From Rickettsiales bacterium (GTDB taxonomy: Bacteria > Pseudomonadota > Alphaproteobacteria > Rickettsiales > UBA1997), in assembly GCA_047627215.1 (NCBI GenBank), contig JBLHTM010000004.1:1-40970 (forward strand): a stretch of 40,970 bases of DNA, in the 5' to 3' direction. A program made the translations under genes and the position numbers. Shown here piece after piece: positions 18,775-26,471 of this stretch. The notes beneath the pieces were generated by a model. The model worked only from the letters and a program-made list of their open reading frames with translations, was not told the origin of the DNA and did no database searches. Each line of letters opens with the position of its first letter. Position 1 is the stretch's first letter.

Positions 18775-19734
18775 CTTGAAAATAAAAATTTCATCAGAGT
18801 TTCTTTTTTCCAAAATACAGCCGTAGCAGCCTTCTTTTTGTTTCAATTCATCGTCTGCAATTAACCAATAAATTCTCTCCAATTTCTTCAATCTCGGCTT
18901 GTATTCTCTTTGTGAAACTTCCATCAAAGCCATTCCCAGATATCTGGTTGCGACTGACTTTTCTAGTTTTTTGAACCTAGTAATATCTAAAATAAACCCC
19001 TCTGAAAATTTTTTGAAAATTTTGGGGAAATTCTTTTTGGTATCTTTTGACAAAATTTCCTTGGCTTCCAACATGGCATTGGAAGCCAAAGCGATTCGAT
19101 CGTTAATGACATTGAAATCGGGAAGAGATTCGATGAATTTTCGGACTTTATTGCGCAAAAATTTTTCATTTTCATTGGTTTCGTCTTCAACCCAAGATGC
19201 TTTTTTTGTTAATAGATATTGCTTCAAGTCGTTTTTTGAGAAATCCAACAAAGGGCGAATGATCTGTAGTTTATTGTGAAAACTAACGACTCCCATTGAT
19301 GCCAGCCCGTCAATTCCGCTGCCTCGAAAGAGACGAATGAGGAAATTTTCTGCTAAATCTTGGCGATGATGGGCGATAAAAAGATGTTTTATTTTGTTTT
19401 TTTGACAGAAGCCTTCAAACAGATTGTAGCGCACTTGGCGCAAAGAATTTTCAATATCAGCTTCGGGCGGAGTCTGCAAATAGGATTTTAGAATCGTGCA
19501 GGGAATGGAATGTTTGGAGCAAAAATTGGCCACAAAATTGGCGTCTTGGGCAGAATTTTCACGCACATCATGGTCAACTGTCAGGCAGTGAATCGTGTTT
19601 CCTGTAATGTCTTTGAGAAGCAGAAGTAAGGCCATTGAGTCGAGACCTCCAGAAACTGCCACAGCGATTCTACTGGGTAATTGCTTGGGGAATAGTTTGT
19701 GAATGTTGAAGGAGAATTGTGTTTCTATTGTCAA
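18766..19734 (-). CDS. tilS: tRNA(Ile)-lysidine synthetase (short form)
   Basis: PP-loop VAVSGGLDSMALL, TVDH, AHHRQDLAENFLIRLFRGSG, IIRPLL, WVEDETN, RNKVR. TTG start. Confidence 0.93.
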   Translation of the reverse strand: MTIETQFSFNIHKLFPKQLPSRIAVAVSGGLDSMALLLLLKDITGNTIHCLTVDHDVRENSAQDANFVANFCSKHSIPCTILKSYLQTPPEADIENSLRQVRYNLFEGFCQKNKIKHLFIAHHRQDLAENFLIRLFRGSGIDGLASMGVVSFHNKLQIIRPLLDFSKNDLKQYLLTKKASWVEDETNENEKFLRNKVRKFIESLPDFNVINDRIALASNAMLEAKEILSKDTKKNFPKIFKKFSEGFILDITRFKKLEKSVATRYLGMALMEVSQREYKPRLKKLERIYWLIADDELKQKEGCYGCILEKRNSDEIFIFKKE

Positions 19735-19950
19735 GGGTATGTGAGTTTTAAGTTGTTGGTGGTGAGTTGTTGGTTATTTCTTGATCATTGTGCGTAAAAG
19801 ATTCAAACAAAAAATATTTCTTTGATAAAATTGTAATTTTTTGGGTAGAGATGTTTTCATTTTGGTAGTTTTTAATGAATGAAAAGTCGCAGACTAAAAG
19901 CTACGACTAGTGCCTGAGGCGGATTATTTATCTCCGCTCATGATTAATCA

Positions 19951-20745
19951 TTATTTAAGTACGTCTTGCATGGTGTAAAAACCCTGAGGTTTTCCTTTTG
20001 ACCAGATTGCAGCGCGAAGAGCTCCTGTGGCGTAAATATCGCGGTTTGAAGCTTTGTGGGTAAGTTCTATTCTCTCGCCACTTCCTGCAAAAATTACCGA
20101 ATGATCGCCGATCACATCGCCGCCACGTAGGGCGGAAAAGCCGATTTCGTTTTCAACTCTTTTACCAATAATTCCATCGCGAGATCTGCGGCTCACTTCA
20201 CCAAAATTGAGCCCGCGACCTTTGGCAACTGCTTCACCAAGTGATAAAGCGGTTCCTGAAGGAGCGTCGACTTTGTCGCGATGGTGCATTTCAAAAATTT
20301 CGGCGTCATAGTCGGAATGTAAAGTTCTGGCAACTTGCTCCGCCAAATTCATCAAAAGATTGACCCCGATAGACATGTTTGAAGACCAGATGATTAGGCA
20401 ATTTTTGGCGTGATTTTTGAGAGTGTCTTTTTCGTTTTCGGAAAATCCAGTTGTTCCACAAACCATCGTTTTTTGATATTTTTCAACTAACTGAGCCAAT
20501 TGCAATGAGAGTTCAGGTTTTGAAAAATCAATAATCACTTCAGAATCTTTGACCAATTCTTCCAAATTGTCGGTGGCGTTGACGCCTAAATATTCGTCAT
20601 TGATGATTTTTCCAATGTCTTTTCCGACCAAATCACTACCCATTCTGACCAAGCCAGATGAGATGTCGTTTAGATCATTTTTCAATGTTGCTTTGGCAAC
20701 TGATTTTCCCATTCTGCCGCTGATTCCGATGATTCCGATTTTCAT
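19951..20745 (-). CDS. dapB: 4-hydroxy-tetrahydrodipicolinate reductase
   Basis: GISGRMG, IDFS, GTTGF, EMHHRDKVDAPSGTA, LRGGDVIGDH. Confidence 0.96.
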   Translation of the reverse strand: MKIGIIGISGRMGKSVAKATLKNDLNDISSGLVRMGSDLVGKDIGKIINDEYLGVNATDNLEELVKDSEVIIDFSKPELSLQLAQLVEKYQKTMVCGTTGFSENEKDTLKNHAKNCLIIWSSNMSIGVNLLMNLAEQVARTLHSDYDAEIFEMHHRDKVDAPSGTALSLGEAVAKGRGLNFGEVSRRSRDGIIGKRVENEIGFSALRGGDVIGDHSVIFAGSGERIELTHKASNRDIYATGALRAAIWSKGKPQGFYTMQDVLK

Positions 20746-20979
20746 GATGTATTTGATTTTTTGAAGAAATTGAAGATTGGAAGAGTAATTATGAGCTTGA
20801 AAGAATTCAATCTTTTAAAGTGAGTTGTTGCGAAAAATGTGATATGATAGTTATTGCCCTATCAAGTTTGATGCTATTGAAAAAAAAGGGGTAAATAACA
20901 ATATTGATCTATTGATAATTTTTAAAAAAATAGACGTTAAGATCTGACGATAAAATGCCTCCAATCTAGGTGGGGTAAG

Positions 20980-21169
20980 CAGGTCGAGGATTTTTTAAAA
21001 GAATAGATCGGATCAAGAATTGTAGACGGATATTTTTCCTCATGAGGTACCGGATCAAGAGTTTCTAAGGTAGCAAAGCTACCCAAGAAACTCTATGTCC
21101 GGCATGACGGTGACTAATAGCGGTAACCCGTGGGGTGACTTTTATAATTTATGCTTGGCACTAAGGTGG
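20980..21169 (-). mobile_element. Repeat family A, copy 4 (inverted, core only)
   Basis: TCGAGGATTTTTTAAAAGAATAGATCGG...CCTCATGAGGTACCGGATCAAGAGTTTCTAAGG...CCGGCATGACGG...ATGCTTGGCACTAAGGTGG; no TIR recognisable. Confidence 0.85.
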
Positions 21170-21230
21170 CGCAAGGTTAATGATCATGCGGGTATTTGGT
21201 GATTTTTATTAATTTAATTTTTCGTTCAAT

Positions 21231-22172
21231 ATGAAGGCATTGTTAAGATCATTTGGTTTTGGGAAGAAAGGACCAAGAAAATCTTTGGTGCCGGGAAGTG
21301 GTAAAAATCAGGGGTCTGATTCTTTGGGGGCAACAAATAATGGTGCTGTTGGGACCGATACCAACCCTCGTCATTTGGAAGGTCGTCCTTCAGAGTCTCC
21401 AGCCAAAGATAGTTCCAATAAATCATCAAAAGCGAGAAAAACTATTATTGAAAGTGAAGAGGATAAAATTTTAAAGATGGTATTTTTCTGCACAGGAAAT
21501 GTGCATCGATCCGTGATGGTAATGCTCATAGCTCAACAAATTTTTGGTGAAAATTATGAGTTTGATTCTGCGGGTGTGTCAGTTGTTGATGTGGGCGACA
21601 AGAAATTTGCCATAGAAGGCGAAAAGGTTTGGTCGGAAGATCTTGCAAAAGATCAGGAAAATACCAAGGGAATGATTAGAAATTACATGGAGAGTATGGG
21701 GTTTGAATATCGCCATCATGAAATTCGCGGCGTTGATGAAGATTTGTTGGATGGCAATGACTTGGCGCTATGTTTAAAAGAAGATCATTGCGAGGAATTG
21801 CGCGAAAAATTTCCTAACCAAAAAAATAAAATTGGTCTTTACAGCGAAGAGGTAAAAACAATGCCTGATCCTTTTGACTTTGATGGGTTTGATATTCCTG
21901 GCAAATCAACCAGACATTGTGAGGAAAATTTCAAGAAAGCATATCAGTCAGTAATATTACTTATTGTGAGTAGTACGATAGATCTTGTGGAAAAGCATGT
22001 TAAGGATGCTGATAAAATTTCTGAGTGCCATGAAAGAATCTTCAACAATCAATTTCTGCGGGGAGATGGTTTGGAAGAAATTAAGCTGTGGAATGAGGGC
22101 AGGGAAAGTGAGAAATCTGTGTCGGAGGCAATTAATAAAATTAGCTCTTTTGTCAAAAAAAAGTCAGACTAG
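21231..22172 (+). CDS. Low-molecular-weight protein tyrosine phosphatase-like protein with long N- and C-terminal extensions
   Basis: P-loop VFFCTGNVHRS, FDSAGV, DLALCLKEDH, MPDPF; about 80 aa of polar G/S/K-rich N-terminus. Confidence 0.7.
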   Translation: MKALLRSFGFGKKGPRKSLVPGSGKNQGSDSLGATNNGAVGTDTNPRHLEGRPSESPAKDSSNKSSKARKTIIESEEDKILKMVFFCTGNVHRSVMVMLIAQQIFGENYEFDSAGVSVVDVGDKKFAIEGEKVWSEDLAKDQENTKGMIRNYMESMGFEYRHHEIRGVDEDLLDGNDLALCLKEDHCEELREKFPNQKNKIGLYSEEVKTMPDPFDFDGFDIPGKSTRHCEENFKKAYQSVILLIVSSTIDLVEKHVKDADKISECHERIFNNQFLRGDGLEEIKLWNEGRESEKSVSEAINKISSFVKKKSD

Positions 22173-22187
22173 ATTGAAGGATGATTT

Positions 22188-23390
22188 TTAAATGTTGAAT
22201 CTGCCGTTATTTTTTAAAACAAAAATCAAATAAACCAAACTCGCACCAGCAATCACCACCACAAATCCTTCCTTCCCCATAAATTGCATCAAAATTCCGG
22301 TCAATAAATTTCCAATAAAAATTCCAAACAAACCAATCGCCGCAAAAGATGAATTGATGAAAACTAGTTGGCTTTTTTTCTTGTTCAAATTGATGCCATA
22401 CCAACAAGAAATTGCCACTAGTGAGGTGAAAACTCCCAAAGTCAAATAAAGCAATATTGCCAAATAATATGTTTTGATGGCAAAAGGTAAAAGTAAAATG
22501 CAGACAATGAAGGCAACGAAACCCATTAGAATCAGTTTTTGGTAGGATTTTTTGTTGATGATAAAACCAAAGATAAAATCGAGCATTCCAACGGCTGAAA
22601 GGGCGCTGATCAATAGGCCGGAATTTTCTGGGGAGAGTCCACTTTTGACGCCATAAATCACCGTAAAAAACATTATTGTTCCGCATTGCAAATCGGTTAA
22701 TAGCCTCGCCATGGACATTTGAGGGTTTCTTTTGATTAAGCTGGCAAATCTTATTTTTTTGGCGATTACCATTTTTGGTTGAATTTTTCGCAAGGGGATC
22801 AGCGATGCGCATGAGGCAAAAATTAGAATCGCAGATGCAATAAAAATTTTGTAATCACCAACGCCAAATATTTTGACAATGACAGGCCCTACGGCAAATC
22901 CTGCACAAAGAAAACTGCTGGAAACAGCGATGATCATGCTGCGGATTTTATTCTTTATTGCCATGTTGAACCAAGCTCGGCGCAAGGTCACCAAGCTGAT
23001 GATTGAAATTCCCAGAGTAAAACTCAGTAGCATCCACAAAAAGAAATTTTGGTAAAAGGGAATAATCAAAATGACTAACGCAGAAATGAAGCTGAAAAGT
23101 AAAATCGAATTAAAAATCCCAATTTTTCTAGATAATTTGTGCAGTAAAAAAATGATGATCAAACCGCCCAAAACATCTCCTGCCGTGGTGATTCCGATTA
23201 GAGTTTCTGAAACATTTTTGGAATAGAGAATGAAGGGCAGAGAGACGGAATTGATCCCAATTGCGGTGGACAAGAAGAAGACGCTAAGGAGCATCAAAAT
23301 GATGTGATTTAGTCCGAAAAGAGATTTTTTTTGATCAGCAATTTTGACATTATTTATGATCTTGAAAGTTCTTGTGACGATTCCTAGCAT
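22188..23390 (-). CDS. MFS transporter (YcaD-like)
   Basis: About 12 hydrophobic segments, GFAVGP motif. ATG at 23390 preferred over the upstream alternative start at 23462. Confidence 0.8.
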   Translation of the reverse strand: MLGIVTRTFKIINNVKIADQKKSLFGLNHIILMLLSVFFLSTAIGINSVSLPFILYSKNVSETLIGITTAGDVLGGLIIIFLLHKLSRKIGIFNSILLFSFISALVILIIPFYQNFFLWMLLSFTLGISIISLVTLRRAWFNMAIKNKIRSMIIAVSSSFLCAGFAVGPVIVKIFGVGDYKIFIASAILIFASCASLIPLRKIQPKMVIAKKIRFASLIKRNPQMSMARLLTDLQCGTIMFFTVIYGVKSGLSPENSGLLISALSAVGMLDFIFGFIINKKSYQKLILMGFVAFIVCILLLPFAIKTYYLAILLYLTLGVFTSLVAISCWYGINLNKKKSQLVFINSSFAAIGLFGIFIGNLLTGILMQFMGKEGFVVVIAGASLVYLIFVLKNNGRFNI

Positions 23391-23586
23391 TAGATAATTG
23401 ATGGTTTGGTGGTTTTTAGGATCAGTGAATTTAGCGGATGTTTCTGGAATATTCCAACACAAAATAATTGCGTAACTTTCTATTTTAAATTTCTGACAAT
23501 ATTGCCTTACCAGATCATTTGCGAAAGGACAATTGAGTTCAAAAAATTACCCTTGCCTTCCAAAATATCAAAACCTAATCTAACAT

Positions 23587-23605
23587 AAATGCCCGACGGG
23601 CATTT
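23587..23605. promoter_or_regulatory. Perfect 19-bp palindrome, candidate operator
   Basis: AAATGCCCG-A-CGGGCATTT, GC-rich within an AT-rich divergent intergenic region, 38 nt before the ATG at 23644. Confidence 0.4.
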
Positions 23606-23643
23606 TTCTAATTTCAATTTATCAACCTAAAAAAACCCAAAAA

Positions 23644-24477
23644 ATGGAAAATAAAATTCTTTCACCCAATCAATATTCACAACTCTATTGCGACCTAAAA
23701 ACCTTAATTTCAAACACCAAAGAGGAAATTGAGAAATTCGCCCGCCATCAGCTTATTGTCACTTATTGGCAAATAGGAAGAAGAATCGATGAGGAAAGAA
23801 TGACCCTCAATGCCAATTATTCAGCGTTGATTATTGGTAATTTGTCGGAAGATTTGGCAATGGACAAAAACACCCTGACCAGAGCGGTGCAGTTTTTCAA
23901 AACCTACCCAAACCTACCCGAAAAGAGCTCCCTTTCTTGGTCGCATTATCGACATTTGATCACCGTGAGTGAAGATTCTGTTCGCTCCGACCTGGAGGAT
24001 GAAAGCAAAAATGAAAATTGGTCAGCCACCAAATTGGCCGATCGGTTGAAAAATTTTAAAGAATCTGGGAATCAAAACATTGCAAATCTCAAAATCAAAA
24101 GACCCACGAAAGCCAACTATCTTTATCGTGCCAAAATCATCAATGTTGTTGATGGGGACACAATGGTTCTGGATGTTGATCTTGGTTTTGATGTTGTTAA
24201 ACGCCAAAGAATTCGTTTGGCGCAAATTGATTGTGCGGAAATGAAAACGGATGAGGGGCAAAAATCTTTCAAATATTTGCGCGATTTGGCGGCAAGCTTG
24301 AATGAGGTGGTGGTTCGAACTAATAAAGTTGACATTTTTGGAAGGTTTATTGGTGATTTGTTTTATTCCATCAATGACGACGGGGTGAAATCGCGAAATG
24401 AAAAGATTGAAACTTTTGAAAATGGGGTCTATTTGAATGAGAAGATTGTGACGGATGGCATGGCGAGAATTGTTTGA
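23644..24477 (+). CDS. DUF1016/YhcG N-terminal domain fused to thermonuclease (SNase) domain
   Basis: N-half YWQIGRRI...LSEDL...QFFKTYP...LSWSHYRHL...ENWSATKL; C-half VVDGDT, RIRLAQIDCAE, DIFGR, LNEKIVTDGMA. Confidence 0.8.
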   Translation: MENKILSPNQYSQLYCDLKTLISNTKEEIEKFARHQLIVTYWQIGRRIDEERMTLNANYSALIIGNLSEDLAMDKNTLTRAVQFFKTYPNLPEKSSLSWSHYRHLITVSEDSVRSDLEDESKNENWSATKLADRLKNFKESGNQNIANLKIKRPTKANYLYRAKIINVVDGDTMVLDVDLGFDVVKRQRIRLAQIDCAEMKTDEGQKSFKYLRDLAASLNEVVVRTNKVDIFGRFIGDLFYSINDDGVKSRNEKIETFENGVYLNEKIVTDGMARIV

Positions 24478-24543
24478 TTGCAACTTGGTATTACTTGAAA
24501 TTTTAAGCAATAGTTAGATTTTAATTATTCTCTTATTTTAAGA

Positions 24544-25420
24544 TTAGTTCTTAGATTTGTTTTTCAAGGAATAACCAAAATAAAGCAAAATATCTGAATA
24601 AATCACCATCACAAAACCTTCCTTCCCTAAATATTGTATTGAAATTCCAACTAGTAAACTTCCTGCAAATGCTCCAAATAATCCAATTGCTGCAAAATAT
24701 TAATTAACGAAAACTAGTTGATCTTTGTGTTTGGTTAAATTGGTGGCATGCCAACGGCAAATAATTACCAATTGGACATTCCAGCCCAGAAGCAAAGTGG
24801 AATATTATTTTGATAAAGGACCGGGGGAGGAAACATGGAGTTTGCACTAATTGCCGTGGATAAAAAAATAGGATCTTTTTCAAAATGAGTGGGTAAAACA
24901 ATTACCACCTTGGTGCCCAAGCATAAATTGTAAAAAATTTAAAATCATGAATTACTACCATAATTCACCATCACGAATTACCGTCATGCCGGACATAGAG
25001 TTTCTTAGGTAGCTTTGCTGCCTTAGAAACTATTGATCCGGTACCTCATGAGGAAAAATATCCGCCTACAATTCTTGATCAATCTATTCTTTTAAAAAAT
25101 CCTCGATTCCATACTTACGAGATCCTCACTTTCGTGAGGATGACGATTATGTGAGTGTTACAATTATGTGAGTTTTACAATTATGTGAGGATGGCGATTG
25201 TGAGTACTAGAGATTGTGAGGGGGTGTAAAAATGGAGAATAAGATGACGATAAATAAAATTCCACCACTCAAATTAGGTTATTTTCATCAGGAAGATCAA
25301 AACCACTTTTTAAGTAGATAATTAATTTACCCACTCATTTTGAAAAAGAGCCAAAAAATATTAGTGAGAAACGAAGCTATGTGGCAATATCCTAAAAAAT
25401 GGGATTTTTTACCATCAATC
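24544..25420 (-). pseudogene. Decayed paralog of the MFS gene at 22188-23390
   Basis: 24771->24544 translates LVIICRWHATNLTKHKDQLVFVN*YFAAIGLFGAFAGSLLVGISIQYLGKEGFVMVI, versus LVAISCWYGINLNKKKSQLVFINSSFAAIGLFGIFIGNLLTGILMQFMGKEGFVVVI. The N-terminal part DGKKSHFLGYCHI...IFLSTAISANS is split by repeat copy 5. Most of the middle of the gene is missing. Confidence 0.85.
24871..25352 (+). mobile_element. Repeat family A, copy 5: full-length 482-bp MITE with perfect 8-bp TSD
   Basis: TIRs GGATCTTTTTCAAAATGAGTGGGTAAA / TTTACCCACTCATTTTGAAAAAGAGCC; direct repeat AAAAAATA at 24863-24870 and 25353-25360. Confidence 0.92.
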
Positions 25421-25460
25421 TCAAAATACTTAGTATTTTGATAATCTGCCTTAAAATATT

Positions 25461-26285
25461 TTACTTCAAGGTGCCGCTTTTAATATGTAAATCTCTTTGT
25501 GGATAGGGCATTGAAATTTTCTCTTGATCAAATCCCAATTTAACTTTTTCTGTAATATCAAACTTAACTGCCCAATAATCCTCTTTTTTGACCCAAGGGC
25601 GAACAACGAAATTAATACTGCTATCAGCTAATTCTGAAACAGCAATTTTTGGTTCTGGATCTTTTAAAATTCTCTCATCATTTTCAACAATTTTGGTCAA
25701 AACTTCTTTGACTTTCTTAATATCATCTTCATATGAACAGCCAAAAACCATATCGACCCGACGAGTTTCATTGGCGGAATAGTTGGTAATGTTGCCAGAA
25801 GTGATTAGGGAATTTGGTGAAATAATGGATTTATTATCGGCAGTTTTTATTTTGGTGGTAAATATTTTCACCTCTTCAACAGATCCTGAAATTCCAGCTG
25901 CTTCAATCCAGTCCCCAATTTTGAATGGTTTGAAAAAAATAATCATTATCCCAGACGCAACATTAGAAAGAGATCCTTGAAGAGCGAAGCCAATAGCAAG
26001 ACCGGCGGCCGCAACAACGGCGGCAAGGGAAGTGGTCTCGACTCCAAGCTGTCCTATTGCGGTGATTATTACAAAGGTAATCATTAAGCCATAAAGAACA
26101 TTGCTCAAAAATTTTGCTAATGTTTCATCAACATTTCTAGCAATTAATGTCTTTCTAAGATAGTTAACTATCTTTTTGGCAATAAATTTTCCGATCAAAA
26201 AAATAGCTAAAGCGGCAATAATATTTAGGCCAAAGAAAATAGCGCTGTTAATCATTTCTTTGTTTAATATTTCGCCCATTTGCAT
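25461..26285 (-). CDS. mscS: Small-conductance mechanosensitive channel
   Basis: AAAGLAIGFALQGSLSNVASG, KPFKIGD, TRRVD, LADSSINF, MPYPQRDLH. Confidence 0.93.
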   Translation of the reverse strand: MQMGEILNKEMINSAIFFGLNIIAALAIFLIGKFIAKKIVNYLRKTLIARNVDETLAKFLSNVLYGLMITFVIITAIGQLGVETTSLAAVVAAAGLAIGFALQGSLSNVASGIMIIFFKPFKIGDWIEAAGISGSVEEVKIFTTKIKTADNKSIISPNSLITSGNITNYSANETRRVDMVFGCSYEDDIKKVKEVLTKIVENDERILKDPEPKIAVSELADSSINFVVRPWVKKEDYWAVKFDITEKVKLGFDQEKISMPYPQRDLHIKSGTLK

Positions 26286-26471
26286 TGTGGATTTTTAATA
26301 AAAAATCTGGATTAAAAAATTCAGACTAGCAGCAAGTTTTTTTAAGTTCTATTTTGCAAGAAAGAGTAAGTTTGTTTGATATTTTTCGCGACCCCAAGTT
26401 CACAACTTGATAAATTAGGGGCAAAAAATATCAAAAAAAGTCTCTATTTTGCCATAAAAGCAAATCTTAAA

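Noticed and set aside
22207-22812. 201-aa alternative-frame ORF
   Set aside because: It lies wholly within the MFS gene on the same strand and has no recognisable motifs.
24022-24510. 162-aa antisense ORF as an antitoxin or immunity gene
   Set aside because: It is antisense to the nuclease domain with no motifs or RBS; most likely a shadow ORF.
24704-24901. 65-aa ORF
   Set aside because: It starts inside the MITE TIR and runs through pseudogene remnants; an artefact.
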